This document shows, one piece after another, positions 10,595 to 20,786 of a stretch of DNA of 32,574 nucleotides. Every line of letters begins with the position of its first letter. Position 1 is the stretch's first letter. The notes below the pieces were generated by a model that did no database searches, had not been told where the DNA came from, and saw nothing but the letters and a program-made list of their open reading frames with translations. Where the stretch lies: assembly GCA_034722955.1 (NCBI GenBank), contig JAYEOM010000111.1, forward strand, positions 1 to 32,574, read 5' to 3'. The position numbers and the translations under genes were made by a program. The stretch is from Campylobacterota bacterium (GTDB lineage Bacteria > Campylobacterota > Campylobacteria > Campylobacterales > Sulfurovaceae).

Positions 10595-11762
10595 TGCCTT
10601 CTTCTATTTTCTGACACTTTTGCTCTTCAAGCAGAGGGGTAAACATATCGGTGCCGTATTGATCTCTGTGGTGATTATCTTTCTCTTGAGTTCTGTACTC
10701 TTCATCTCCTCTTCACTACAAGAGAGTGCGCGTCAAGCACTTGTAGATCAATCCGATTTTGCTCTGAGTAGACTTCAAGCAGGAAGATCAGTGATGACTC
10801 CGCTAGAGTGGATAGATAGAGTATCTGATATCAATGGAGTCTCAGCTTTGACACCGCGAGTTTATGGACGATACTTTTTTACACCAGATGATAAATCTTT
10901 TTTGATTATAGGTATCGACTTTTTTGATGAACAGAGTCAAAAGGCGTTGAGTCAGATATTGCAAAAGATTGATCTGAAGGATTTTTTCTCTAGCGATAGC
11001 ATGCTTGTAGGAGAGGGAGTCAAAGAGTTTATGCTGGAGAATTTCTATAGAGAAAACTTCTCTTTCAAGACAACAGACGGGAAGTTCAAAAAGGTAAGAA
11101 TATATGAAACTCTTCCTTTGGAAGCTAACTTGATCTCAAATGATATGATCATTATGCCTATAGATCTTGCTAGAGAGATTTTTGGGATAGATGAAGATGA
11201 GGTGACAGATATCTCCTTCAATGTACCAAATGATGCAGAGTGGGATACTGTCCTGACTAAACTACATCTACTTTTTTATGATCTGCGGGTAGTTGACAAG
11301 AGAGATATCAAAAAAGCCTACAGTACACTCTACAACTATAAGGGCGGATTTTTTCTGATACTCTATCTCATCACGATAGTGACTTTTATGTTGATCCTAT
11401 ATCAGCGATACTCGATGGTCTACTCTGCCGAAAAAAAAGAGATAGGTATCTTGCGTGCTATCGGATGGAGTATCAAAGATATTTTAAAATTAAAATTTTA
11501 TGAAACTCTGATCGTTGTGGTGACAGCATTTATACTTGGTGTAGTACTGGCTTATCTATATGTTTTTGCACTAAATGCTCCTCTGCTGAGAGAGATATTT
11601 TTGGGAGGTGAAAATCTGGCAAATAGTGTGAGCTTTATACCTACAGTTAGATTTGGGGTTTTGAGTTCTATATTTCTATTTTATGCAGTTCCCTTCTTTG
11701 CTGCTGTATTGATACCTGTATGGAAGATCGCTGTAACTCCACCAAAAGAGGCTATGTTATGA
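10581..11762 (+). CDS. ABC transporter permease, FtsX/MacB/LolC-like
   Basis: TM1, large periplasmic domain, KKEIGILRAIGW motif and three more TM segments. Confidence 0.9.
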   Translation: MKNSNAFFYFLTLLLFKQRGKHIGAVLISVVIIFLLSSVLFISSSLQESARQALVDQSDFALSRLQAGRSVMTPLEWIDRVSDINGVSALTPRVYGRYFFTPDDKSFLIIGIDFFDEQSQKALSQILQKIDLKDFFSSDSMLVGEGVKEFMLENFYRENFSFKTTDGKFKKVRIYETLPLEANLISNDMIIMPIDLAREIFGIDEDEVTDISFNVPNDAEWDTVLTKLHLLFYDLRVVDKRDIKKAYSTLYNYKGGFFLILYLITIVTFMLILYQRYSMVYSAEKKEIGILRAIGWSIKDILKLKFYETLIVVVTAFILGVVLAYLYVFALNAPLLREIFLGGENLANSVSFIPTVRFGVLSSIFLFYAVPFFAAVLIPVWKIAVTPPKEAML

Positions 11763-12457
11763 TAGGCAGAGAAGTGTTGATATCTATAGAGGATGTCACG
11801 AAGATCTTCAATGAGAGGAGCGATCAAGCTTTCGATGCACTAACATCCATCAGTTTGGAGATTGACAGTGGTGAGTGTTTGGTTCTCAATGGTGTGAGCG
11901 GAAGTGGAAAATCTACACTACTCTCTATCATCGCAGCACTAGACAAGCCAAGTAGCGGCAAGGTGATCGTAGATGGTGAACTTATCAGCAAACTTCCTGA
12001 TCTCCATGCCTCTGCATATCGTGCCAAGCGTATCGGATTTATCTTTCAGCACTTCAACCTACTAGAGTCGCTCAGTGTAGAGGAGAATGTCATAGCCCCC
12101 CTGATCAACTCAGGATTGAAGATGGATACGATAGATAGAGTAGCCCATGAGAGTATGTCTACGGCTGCGATAGACCATAAGGCGACACAAACGATCAGAG
12201 AGCTTTCGGGTGGGGAGAAGCAGCGTTGTGCTATCGCTAGGGCACTAGTGACCAACCCCAAGCTGATCATCTGTGATGAGCCTACTGCCAATCTCGATAG
12301 AGCCAACTCTATAAAATTTATAGAGATACTCTCCGGACTGCAAAAGGAGGGAAAAACCATTATCGTTGCAACACACGATCCTCTCTTTGATAATCTTCCT
12401 TTCCCTAGTACTGTTGTACATATGGAAGATGGAGTTATAGTAGAGCCTGACAGATGA
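11759..12457 (+). CDS. ABC transporter ATP-binding protein, LolD/MacB-like
   Basis: Motifs GVSGSGKS, LSGGEKQR, DEPTANLD and ATHD. The ATG at 11759 overlaps the permease stop (ATGA). Confidence 0.95.
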   Translation: MIGREVLISIEDVTKIFNERSDQAFDALTSISLEIDSGECLVLNGVSGSGKSTLLSIIAALDKPSSGKVIVDGELISKLPDLHASAYRAKRIGFIFQHFNLLESLSVEENVIAPLINSGLKMDTIDRVAHESMSTAAIDHKATQTIRELSGGEKQRCAIARALVTNPKLIICDEPTANLDRANSIKFIEILSGLQKEGKTIIVATHDPLFDNLPFPSTVVHMEDGVIVEPDR

Positions 12458-13422
12458 ATGAGATATTGATGAGCAATGAAGTCATTGTCTATCTATTGAG
12501 TGAATGGATTCTCTATATCCTGCTATTGATAGCTTTTTTGGCAACACCAAGGCTCCTCTATAGATGGAATTTTGACCACTTTACCTCGGAACAGTTCTCT
12601 TTGGAAAATCGCTCTTATCTCATCATGACCATAATATTTTTTGTGATGACACTCAAAATCTTTCTGCTTCCATACTTTGTATACACTATCGATATCCTAT
12701 CTGATCTTGTCCCTGGAGCTATGTGCGGTGCAGGTATCATTCAAGCTAACGAATATGGAAATCCTCTGCTTCTACTCAAGATCATGATCCTATTTTTGAG
12801 CGGTTTTTGGATGACGATCAACCGTTTGGATCTTCGTGCAAAAGATTATCCCTTTACAAAGAAGAAATCTTGGTTTTTTATCGCTATCTTTATACTCCTG
12901 ACTGTTGAGATTGGACTGGATATTCTCTACTTTACATCTATAGAGACAAGCCAGCCTGTGACATGCTGTTCGGTGATATTTGGAGAAACAGGGGGTGCCA
13001 ATGCTATTCCTATGGGATTGGATACATCTAAACTGCTGCTGCTTTTTTATCTTCTCTATCTGCTGATCATCTTGACTGCAGTCTCCCAATACCCTCTAGG
13101 TATCATCCTCTCAAATATACTCTTCCTCTTTGTAGCCTATTATGCGGTGGTCTATTTTTTTGGAACATATGTTTATGAGCTACCTACACACAAGTGTCCA
13201 TTCTGTATGTTGCAATCATCCTACTACTATATAGGGTATCTAGTCTGGAGTCTGCTCCTGCTAGGAGTATTTTTGGGTATTGATTACTCCATGGTCAAGC
13301 TGCTCTTTCATCAAGAGTCAGATCGTCTTAAGTGGATTTCGTTACTATTGTTGACACTATTTGTACTGATTTGCACTAGTTATGTTGCAATCTACTATCT
13401 AAAAACAGGAGTATTGTTGTGA
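12454..13422 (+). CDS. Cys-rich polytopic membrane protein of unknown function
   Basis: About 8 hydrophobic segments, with loop motifs PGAMCGAG, TCCS and PTHKCPFCM. Confidence 0.8.
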   Translation: MNEILMSNEVIVYLLSEWILYILLLIAFLATPRLLYRWNFDHFTSEQFSLENRSYLIMTIIFFVMTLKIFLLPYFVYTIDILSDLVPGAMCGAGIIQANEYGNPLLLLKIMILFLSGFWMTINRLDLRAKDYPFTKKKSWFFIAIFILLTVEIGLDILYFTSIETSQPVTCCSVIFGETGGANAIPMGLDTSKLLLLFYLLYLLIILTAVSQYPLGIILSNILFLFVAYYAVVYFFGTYVYELPTHKCPFCMLQSSYYYIGYLVWSLLLLGVFLGIDYSMVKLLFHQESDRLKWISLLLLTLFVLICTSYVAIYYLKTGVLL

Positions 13423-13922
13423 AAAAGTTTTTGATCTCATTTTTAACAGTTGTGATAGGTGGTGCCGTGATTATGATCCTGTTTGTCTCCTTGGCAAAAC
13501 AAGATGGTCCAAGGTATGTCTACAAAGGAAACAGCCAGCAGAAACCTATCGCTTTTAAGCCAAAAGAGTATCAGTGCTCAGAGTGCAATATGGATGTAGA
13601 GTACATGGAGTATGCCGCACAGATCATCACCAAAGATGGGATAACCTATTTTTTTGATGATATAGGCTGCGTTGTGCTATGGCTGAAAAACCGCGAGCTG
13701 GATGGATCACTGATCTTTACTCAAACTCTTGATACCCATCGATGGATAGATGCCAACAGAGCTTGGTATACCCGCACAGCATCCTCTCCTATGGGATATG
13801 GTTTAGCAGCATATGAGGAGCCTAAAGAGAAGTTTGTCTCTTATGAAGATATGAGATTATTGATGCTTCAGGGCAAGACTCTGCATGATCCTTTTGTTAA
13901 AAAATCACTTTTAAGCCAATAA
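13419..13922 (+). CDS. Membrane-anchored NosL-like protein
   Basis: N-terminal TM segment; CSECNM, YFFDDIGC and SPMGYG. Confidence 0.78.
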   Translation: MKKFLISFLTVVIGGAVIMILFVSLAKQDGPRYVYKGNSQQKPIAFKPKEYQCSECNMDVEYMEYAAQIITKDGITYFFDDIGCVVLWLKNRELDGSLIFTQTLDTHRWIDANRAWYTRTASSPMGYGLAAYEEPKEKFVSYEDMRLLMLQGKTLHDPFVKKSLLSQ

Positions 13923-13945
13923 AAGGTACCTTTTTATAATATTTT

Positions 13946-13954
13946 TGTTATAAT
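13946..13954 (+). promoter_or_regulatory. Extended -10 promoter of acpP
   Basis: TGTTATAAT 35 bp upstream of the acpP ATG. Confidence 0.6.
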
Positions 13955-13988
13955 CAACTGTATTTTTAACTTAATGAAGGAGAAATCA

Positions 13989-14219
13989 ATGGCATTATTT
14001 GATGATGTAAAAGAGGTAGTTGTAGAGCAACTAAATGTTAGCCCGGACGAGGTAAAAGAGGAGTCTAAGTTCGTAGAAGATCTTGGGGCAGACAGCCTTG
14101 ATGTTGTTGAGTTGGTGATGGCACTTGAAGAGAAATTTGATATCGAGATTCCTGATGAGCAGGCTGAAAACATCGCTACTGTAGCAGATGCGATCAAATT
14201 TATCGAAGAGAATAACTAA
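13989..14219 (+). CDS. acpP: Acyl carrier protein
   Basis: [12 protein letters not shown] phosphopantetheine site; AAGGAG RBS before the ATG at 13989. Confidence 0.98.
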   Translation: MALFDDVKEVVVEQLNVSPDEVKEESKFVEDLGADSLDVVELVMALEEKFDIEIPDEQAENIATVADAIKFIEENN

Positions 14220-14228
14220 ATACTATAA

Positions 14229-14312
14229 CTTCTCCTTTATTGGAGAAGATAGAAGTAGAGTAATCGCTCAAAACTCTGTCAAAAGAGTACTTTTCAGAGT
14301 TTTGCGAGGCGA
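14229..14312 (+). terminator. Two intergenic hairpins between acpP and fabF
   Basis: CTTCTCC/GGAGAAG (14229-14248), and AAAACTCTG..AAAAG-AGTA-CTTTT..CAGAGTTTT (14270-14303). Confidence 0.55.
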
Positions 14313-14339
14313 CTTTATAATTTAATCACAGGAGAGCAA

Positions 14340-15557
14340 GTGAAAAGGGTAGTAGTAACAGGTGTAGGGATGATTAATTGTCTTGGTCAAGATAAAGAGA
14401 GTGCGTTTCAGGCGATTATCGATGGTCAGTGCGGGATTAAAACCATTGAACTTTTCGATCCGGAAAAGTATTCTGCTAAAATTGCAGGTGAAATTGTAGG
14501 TTTTGACCCTAGCAGTGTTATGGATCCTAAAGAGGTCAAAAAAGCAGACCGTTTTATTCAGCTAGGTATCAAAGCAGCAGCAGAGGCTATGGAGGATGCG
14601 AATCTCTCAGACGATATAGACAGAGAGCGTTTTGGTATCTCCTCTGCATCTGGTATCGGAGGGTTGGCAACTATAGAAAAAAATTCAGTGATTTGCGAAA
14701 CCAGAGGACCTAGAAGAATCTCTCCATTCTTTATCCCATCTTCTCTTGTCAATATGTTGGGCGGTTTTGTCTCAATATATCATGGTCTCAAGGGTCCAAA
14801 CCTCTCTAGTGTTACAGCTTGTGCAGCAGGTACGCACGCTATATCAGAAGCGACAAAGAGTATCTTGCTTGGCGGAGCTGACAGGATGTTGGTTGTTGGT
14901 GCTGAGTCTGCTATATGTGGTGCCGGTGTAGGAGGTTTTGCAGCGATGAAAGCGTTGAGTACCAGCAATGATGACCCACAGGGTGCTTCTCGTCCTTTTG
15001 ATGCAGACCGCAATGGTTTTGTCATGGGTGAAGGTGCGGGGGCTTTGGTACTTGAAGAGTATGATGTTGCTGTTGCTAGAGGTGCGAAGATCTATGGCGA
15101 AGTGATTGGATTTGGGGAGAGTGGTGATGCGAACCATATCACTTCACCGGTTATGGATGGTCCTCTTCGTGCTATGAGAGCCGCTCTCTCTATGGCAGGC
15201 AATCCAAAAGTTGACTATGTCAATGCCCATGGCACAAGTACACCCGCAAATGACAAAAATGAGACAGCAGCACTCAAAGTAGCATTCGGCGGCAAGGAGG
15301 ATTGTCCTCCTGTGAGTTCTATCAAAGGACAGATCGGTCACTGTCTAGGTGCAGCAGGTGCGATCGAGGCCATCGTTACACTGATGTCGATGGAGAGAGG
15401 AGTAGTCCCTCCTACTATCAACTACACTACACCGGATGAAAATTGTGATCTTGACTATATCCCCAATGAAGCTAGAGAGATGGATGTAACTGTAGCTATG
15501 AGTAACTCATTTGGTTTTGGTGGCACGAATGGTGTCATCATCTTCAAAAAAATCTAA
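14340..15557 (+). CDS. fabF: Beta-ketoacyl-ACP synthase II
   Basis: Motifs VTACAAG (catalytic Cys), NAHGTST, GHCLGAAG and SNSFGFGG. Confidence 0.97.
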   Translation: MKRVVVTGVGMINCLGQDKESAFQAIIDGQCGIKTIELFDPEKYSAKIAGEIVGFDPSSVMDPKEVKKADRFIQLGIKAAAEAMEDANLSDDIDRERFGISSASGIGGLATIEKNSVICETRGPRRISPFFIPSSLVNMLGGFVSIYHGLKGPNLSSVTACAAGTHAISEATKSILLGGADRMLVVGAESAICGAGVGGFAAMKALSTSNDDPQGASRPFDADRNGFVMGEGAGALVLEEYDVAVARGAKIYGEVIGFGESGDANHITSPVMDGPLRAMRAALSMAGNPKVDYVNAHGTSTPANDKNETAALKVAFGGKEDCPPVSSIKGQIGHCLGAAGAIEAIVTLMSMERGVVPPTINYTTPDENCDLDYIPNEAREMDVTVAMSNSFGFGGTNGVIIFKKI

Positions 15558-15566
15558 GGATTCTAA

Positions 15567-16502
15567 ATGGCAACTTATCTTGATTTTGAGAGTCGAATCG
15601 AAGCTATTGATCTTGAGCTTGAGTCAGCGAGAGCGATAAGGGATGAGTTGGCAATAGCCTCACTGAACAAAGATTTGGAAAAAGAGGTTCAAAAGACTTT
15701 CGGTTCTCTCAGCGATTATCAAAAGCTTCGTTTGGCTCGTCATCTAGATCGTCCTTATGCTTTGGACTATATCAAACTGATGATGGAAAATAGCTATGAG
15801 ATCCATGGAGATCGTGCTTTTCGTGATGATCCTGCCATACTCTGTTACATAGGCTGGATTGATGGTGTCAAGTCTATGGTGATCGGAGAGCAGAAGGGTC
15901 GCGGTATCAAAAACAAGATCAGACGCAACTTTGGCATGCCCAATCCTGAAGGTTATAGAAAAGCACTCCGTGCTGTTGGGCTTGCTGAGAAGTTTGATAT
16001 CCCTGTATTGATGCTGATCGACACCCCAGGTGCCTATCCTGGGCTAGGTGCCGAAGAGAGAGGACAGAGTGAAGCGATCGCTCGTAATCTATTTGAGTTT
16101 GCGAGTACTAAAATCCCTATGATCTCTGTAGTGATCGGAGAGGGTGGAAGTGGAGGTGCATTAGCTATCGGTGTGGCTGACAGATTGGCTATGATGCGCT
16201 ACTCTGTCTTCTCTGTCATCTCTCCCGAAGGGTGTTCTGCGATCTTGTGGAATGACCCAGAGAAGGTAGAGCAGGCGACCAAAGCACTCAAGATCACACC
16301 CGATGATCTCCTGGAACACAATCTTATCGATGCTATCTTGGATGAGCCTTTGATAGGTGCACATCGCGACAAGCAGACAGCTGCCAAAGTAGTCAAGGAT
16401 TACTATCTTGAGACTGTTAAACAACTCAGAGAGCTATCTGTTGATGAGTTGCTAGAGAAGCGTTATGATAGACTTGTTGCAGTTGGTGCCTACTCTGAGT
16501 AA
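15567..16502 (+). CDS. accA: Acetyl-CoA carboxylase carboxyltransferase alpha subunit
   Basis: Motifs [24 protein letters not shown] and [11 protein letters not shown]. Confidence 0.98.
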   Translation: MATYLDFESRIEAIDLELESARAIRDELAIASLNKDLEKEVQKTFGSLSDYQKLRLARHLDRPYALDYIKLMMENSYEIHGDRAFRDDPAILCYIGWIDGVKSMVIGEQKGRGIKNKIRRNFGMPNPEGYRKALRAVGLAEKFDIPVLMLIDTPGAYPGLGAEERGQSEAIARNLFEFASTKIPMISVVIGEGGSGGALAIGVADRLAMMRYSVFSVISPEGCSAILWNDPEKVEQATKALKITPDDLLEHNLIDAILDEPLIGAHRDKQTAAKVVKDYYLETVKQLRELSVDELLEKRYDRLVAVGAYSE

Positions 16503-16525
16503 AATTTTAAAAAAGTTGTTTTATA

Positions 16526-17143
16526 ATGCATGAAATTATCAATTATATCGTTGAACTTGTTGGCAGTATGGGGTATACCGGCATCTTTGTATTGATGTTC
16601 CTAGAGAGCAGTTTTTTCCCTTTTCCCAGTGAAGTGGTTATGATACCTGCAGGGTATTTGGCATATAAAGGCGAGATGAATCTCTATCTCGCTGTATTGG
16701 CAGGCATCTTGGGGTCAGTAGCAGGTGCTCTGTTTAACTACTATCTAGCGATGAAGTTTGGTCGAAAGTTTTTGATAAAGTATGGAAAATACTTTTTTCT
16801 CAAAGAGGATAGCCTTGATAAGCTGGAGCGTTTCTTCCAAAAACATGGTGAGATTTCAACTTTCAACGGACGCTTGATACCAGGAATACGACAATACATA
16901 TCACTCCCCGCAGGACTCTCGCGAATGAGTGTTTGGAAGTTCTCTCTCTATACGGCATTGGGAGCTGGGATATGGGTTGTTGTTTTGGTTGGGCTAGGCT
17001 ATTTCCTAGGCTCCAATGAAGAGATGATCAATGAGTATCTCCATACAGCTACACTCATAGCATTGATCTCTGTTCTGTTTATTACGATCTTTTATATAGT
17101 GCGTGCAAAACGCAGGAGAGAGATAGAGGAGGAGGTGTGCTAG
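16526..17143 (+). CDS. DedA family membrane protein
   Basis: Motifs [18 protein letters not shown] and SLPAG. Confidence 0.93.
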   Translation: MHEIINYIVELVGSMGYTGIFVLMFLESSFFPFPSEVVMIPAGYLAYKGEMNLYLAVLAGILGSVAGALFNYYLAMKFGRKFLIKYGKYFFLKEDSLDKLERFFQKHGEISTFNGRLIPGIRQYISLPAGLSRMSVWKFSLYTALGAGIWVVVLVGLGYFLGSNEEMINEYLHTATLIALISVLFITIFYIVRAKRRREIEEEVC

Positions 17144-17781
17144 AGCGTCTATTTGATGAAAAAACAGAGCTTGTTGTCATATCTGTCTCTATTGTACTCT
17201 TCATCCTGATCGCTCTAGATCTCTCCTTTGATGGGGCATTGGTATCTCTCGATGGAGTTGTGCATGAGTGGTCACTTGGGTGGCACACACCTCTATTGGA
17301 CACTCTCTTTTTTGAGTTTACAAAACTTGGAAATCTATCAACTATGTTACTCTTTAGTTTTGTGATAACACTATATCTGCTTTGGAAAAAAAAGAACTCT
17401 ATGCTACTCTTTTACTGGAGTGGTATGATGGGTGCATCTCTGCTTTTTAGTGGACTAAAAGAGATCTTCCATCGTACTCGTCCATCTAGCTATATAGGTG
17501 ATTTTCATCAATATGGGTACTCTTTCCCCTCTGGTCACGCTACGATCTCTATGACCTTTTCTCTGATACTCCTGTTTCTATTTTACCAAAAAGTATCCGG
17601 AACTTATCGTGTAGCATTGGTCGTTTTCTCTATCCTCTTCCCTCTGATGATCAGCTTTTCGCGTCTCTATCTGGGAGTACACTACTTTAGTGATGTTGCA
17701 GGGGGGATGACTCTGGCTATCTTCTGGGTGACACTGATGGCTTATATATCTGCCAAAATCAATCCAGCCACCAAATCCTAA
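17137..17781 (+). CDS. PAP2-family phosphatase
   Basis: K..F.R.RP, SFPSGH and [12 protein letters not shown]. Confidence 0.93.
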   Translation: MLERLFDEKTELVVISVSIVLFILIALDLSFDGALVSLDGVVHEWSLGWHTPLLDTLFFEFTKLGNLSTMLLFSFVITLYLLWKKKNSMLLFYWSGMMGASLLFSGLKEIFHRTRPSSYIGDFHQYGYSFPSGHATISMTFSLILLFLFYQKVSGTYRVALVVFSILFPLMISFSRLYLGVHYFSDVAGGMTLAIFWVTLMAYISAKINPATKS

Positions 17782-19123
17782 ATTTTCTACCCTTTATCTT
17801 CCCTTTTTTCAAGCCATCAAAGGCCTTCGCGACACTTCTGTTGTCTATAGCAACATAGGCTTGAAATTCAAAGATATCGATCTTGCCTATCTGCTCTCCT
17901 GCAATGCCGATCTCTTTACTGAGAGCTCCTAGTATATCACCAGGGCGGAGTTTGTTCTTTTTGCCGCCATCTATGCAGAGTGTTGATTTTTCTGCTTGGA
18001 TTGTAAATCTTTTGTCGATACTGAGTGTTTTTATCGACAGTAGTGTCACATTGGGAGCCATCGCCAAAAGCTTCTCCTTCTCTCTGGGGGTATATAGAGA
18101 GATAGCTATACCCTCTGCCCCTGCTCTGGCAGTTCTCCCTATCCTGTGGGTGTAGACTTCCGGGTCGTGCGGAAGATCATTATTGATAACCAGTGATATA
18201 TCCTTGACATCCAAACCTCTAGAGGCGACATCGGTAGCTACCATAATACGGATAGATCCATTGGCAAACTTGAGTAGTGTCTCATTGCGTTCTCTCTGGT
18301 CTAAGTCACCCTGCAGATCCAATGCACTGAACTGTTTATCTCTTAGAAAATCTGCCAATGATACAGTATCAGCTTTTGTGTTGCAAAATATGAGAGCTGT
18401 CTTGGGTTTATATGATTTGAGTAGTGATAGTATCGCACTCTCTTTATCTCTGCTCTCCACTTCAAATGCCATCTCTCGAATGACTGCTTCGCTATGATCT
18501 GTATCTACTTTGATCATGACGGGTTGGTTCAATATCTCTTTGGAGAGTTTTTGTATATGGTCAGGATAGGTGGCGGAGAAGAGCATACCCTGTCTGGCTT
18601 TTGGGAGGTTGGATACGATTTTTTTGATCCCATCATAAAAGCCCATATCTAGCATTCTATCTGCTTCATCCAGCACTAGCGTATTGATATCCTTTAGGTG
18701 GATAGTCTCTCTAGAAAGGTGGTCTTGTATCCTGCCCGGGGTACCTATGAGAATATGTGCACCACGCTCTAGTGAAGCGATCTGTGGACGCATAGGTGTA
18801 CCTCCACAGAGAGTAGAGATCTTTAGGTTCTCTTTATATCGTGCCAGTCGCCTCAACTCCTTGGCAACTTGATCTGCAAGTTCTCGTGTAGGACAGAGGA
18901 TCATAGCTTTAGGGTGATATCTCTTTGTATCGATGTTATGGATGATAGGTATCCCAAACGAGGCTGTTTTTCCAGAGCCTGTCTTGGCTTGTGCTATGAT
19001 ATCTTTGCCATTTAACAATAGAGGGATGACTGCCTCTTGTATAGGTGTCATAGTTTCATACCGGAGTTGGTTAAGATTGCTGATGAGAGGTTGTGGCAGT
19101 TCTGAAAGGCTCTGAAAGTTCAT
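17759..19123 (-). CDS. dbpA: ATP-dependent RNA helicase DbpA
   Basis: Motifs TGSGKT, PTRELA, DEAD, SAT and HRIGRTAR, plus the C-terminal DbpA RNA-binding domain (GGKKNKLRPGDILGAL). Confidence 0.94.
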   Translation of the reverse strand: MNFQSLSELPQPLISNLNQLRYETMTPIQEAVIPLLLNGKDIIAQAKTGSGKTASFGIPIIHNIDTKRYHPKAMILCPTRELADQVAKELRRLARYKENLKISTLCGGTPMRPQIASLERGAHILIGTPGRIQDHLSRETIHLKDINTLVLDEADRMLDMGFYDGIKKIVSNLPKARQGMLFSATYPDHIQKLSKEILNQPVMIKVDTDHSEAVIREMAFEVESRDKESAILSLLKSYKPKTALIFCNTKADTVSLADFLRDKQFSALDLQGDLDQRERNETLLKFANGSIRIMVATDVASRGLDVKDISLVINNDLPHDPEVYTHRIGRTARAGAEGIAISLYTPREKEKLLAMAPNVTLLSIKTLSIDKRFTIQAEKSTLCIDGGKKNKLRPGDILGALSKEIGIAGEQIGKIDIFEFQAYVAIDNRSVAKAFDGLKKGKIKGRKFRIWWLD

Positions 19124-19257
19124 AGAGGTTACCTTGTGATAATATATCTAATCTGTATTATTTAGGATTTAAACTAGGAGTAGTTTTGAAAGTTCAGAAA
19201 GATCTGCACTTAGGAGTCTCCCAAAAACAGATATACCCATCTGACTTATTATCGGAT

Positions 19258-19482
19258 TTATGCTATACTTTTTTGGTATTCGAGGATCATCTGAAGGGCT
19301 TCATCTTTGAGTAGAAGCTTCTCTTTTTTGATCGTATCTAACTCTGCATCAGAGAGGTGCAGTCTCCCCTCATCCGCATCTGCTGCTTTCTGGTCAAGTT
19401 CATTGTGTTTTTCAAATACTTTTGCAAAGTGTGCATTATCTTGTTTGAGTGCAGTTATCTCTTCTCTATATTCATGTAACAT
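19258..19482 (-). CDS. YdcH/DUF465-family small protein
   Basis: Pattern HF..+F.KHN.LD....LKKEKL.LKD; AAGGA RBS. Confidence 0.85.
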   Translation of the reverse strand: MLHEYREEITALKQDNAHFAKVFEKHNELDQKAADADEGRLHLSDAELDTIKKEKLLLKDEALQMILEYQKSIA

Positions 19483-19546
19483 GGCTAATCCTTAATTGTA
19501 TATATTTTAATGTATTTTATCTTTTTTGTGGTTAGAGTAGAGTTAA

Positions 19547-19662
19547 GGCTACCCCAATGAAATAAACACCCAAATTAGCTTTGGCTAGTCCTACGAATTA
19601 TATTTTGCAAATCTTACCCTCTCTGTGGCTTCTATTTGGATGTTTATTTCCTTGGTGTAGCC
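19547..19662. mobile_element. 116-bp MITE-like element
   Basis: 29-bp terminal inverted repeats (19547-19575 and 19634-19662, 26/29 matching) with TAA directly on both flanks; no coding capacity. Confidence 0.7.
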
Positions 19663-19766
19663 TAATAGCAAGGCATCTTATAAGTTTGCACTATTAGAAA
19701 GAATAGATAGTGTATATTCAACGCCTCGTAATGTAATACCTAATCTTGATATAAGTTGACAAGCTG

Positions 19767-20786
19767 CTACTCAGGCAGAGCGATTCTCTCCATCAAATAA
19801 CAAAAACAATCCTGCCGTATGACACGCTCATCGAGGGTGATCATCGAAGGCATCATCTCTTTTTTGAGTCGGATCTCACCCTCATCGATCACAAAATACT
19901 CATCAAAACGCTCTCTTCTATCATCATCTTGAGCCGAAAAAGATGCTTTGCTCTCTGGGTTCAGATAAGCAAAGATCGTGCCTGCCGGCAATTCGCTGAA
20001 ATTGTCATCTTCCAGCTCTGGAAGGAGGCGGATATCACTGCTATCATCACCAAAACTATAAGTATACTCTTCAGGGATCGTCACACGAGCTACAGTATGA
20101 TAGACATCCACCTCATATCTGTGCAGATGGTGCTTTGGGAATTTTGTCAAGTGCAGAAGCATATCGACAAACTCAGTAGCATGATCAACTCCCCGGGCTT
20201 GATGGGGTTTGCCGCATTCGATCGTCACAGCAGGACAATACTCTGCCAATGCTAGAGACTGCACACCTTTGGGGGTCTCAAAATAGACTACAGTACGAGC
20301 AAAGAGTGATGCCAAATGAAAAAAGTTGGGATCGAGCCTGTTGATACAGCCATAGTGAGGATTTTTGCCTGTATTGTTATGGATATCGATACTGGCAAAT
20401 AGATTTGCCTTTTTCACGATCTCAATCACTCTAGCCATCAGCCGACCCTCGTCACTCTCCTCTGCATCACCTCCCGGCCAAACACGATTGTAGTCAGGTT
20501 GACCCTCCAAGCGTCTCAATCCCTCTTTGGCTGCATAGAGATTGCCAAAAAAGATGATCAAAGAACGCGGAAGTCTGCGTTCTTGATATTTGTGCAGTAT
20601 CTTCTGAATAGCAAAGAGCCCTGTATCCTCATTGCCGTGTAGTAAGATCGTCACAAAAAGAGGCTGCTTATGCTCCCCCTCTAAGCTCAACAGTGTCGGA
20701 TGAGGCATCAGTTTGTGAAGCTCTCGGGCATCTTTGATCGTGAGTAGCTCTTCGGGTACTCTATCGATCTCTATTAGTGGTATCAT
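19767..20786 (-). CDS. M14-family metallopeptidase (succinylglutamate desuccinylase/aspartoacylase-like)
   Basis: Zinc motif HGNE, NR.W, DIHN and IECG. The ATG at 20786 overlaps the upstream stop. Confidence 0.87.
   Translation of the reverse strand: MIPLIEIDRVPEELLTIKDARELHKLMPHPTLLSLEGEHKQPLFVTILLHGNEDTGLFAIQKILHKYQERRLPRSLIIFFGNLYAAKEGLRRLEGQPDYNRVWPGGDAEESDEGRLMARVIEIVKKANLFASIDIHNNTGKNPHYGCINRLDPNFFHLASLFARTVVYFETPKGVQSLALAEYCPAVTIECGKPHQARGVDHATEFVDMLLHLTKFPKHHLHRYEVDVYHTVARVTIPEEYTYSFGDDSSDIRLLPELEDDNFSELPAGTIFAYLNPESKASFSAQDDDRRERFDEYFVIDEGEIRLKKEMMPSMITLDERVIRQDCFCYLMERIALPE

Noticed and set aside
8945..13922. Nitrous oxide reductase (nos) operon
   Set aside because: No nosZ, nosD or nosY-like genes; the ABC system is of the FtsX/MacB type.
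13921..13934. Palindrome AAAAGGTACCTTTT as a third copy of the 20-bp insert
   Set aside because: It shares only AGGTACC and lacks the CCCTTGAGGGT hairpin.
17759..17781. Convergent 3' overlaps (PAP2/dbpA, and cca/esterase at 25179-25182)
   Set aside because: Common in compact Campylobacterota genomes.
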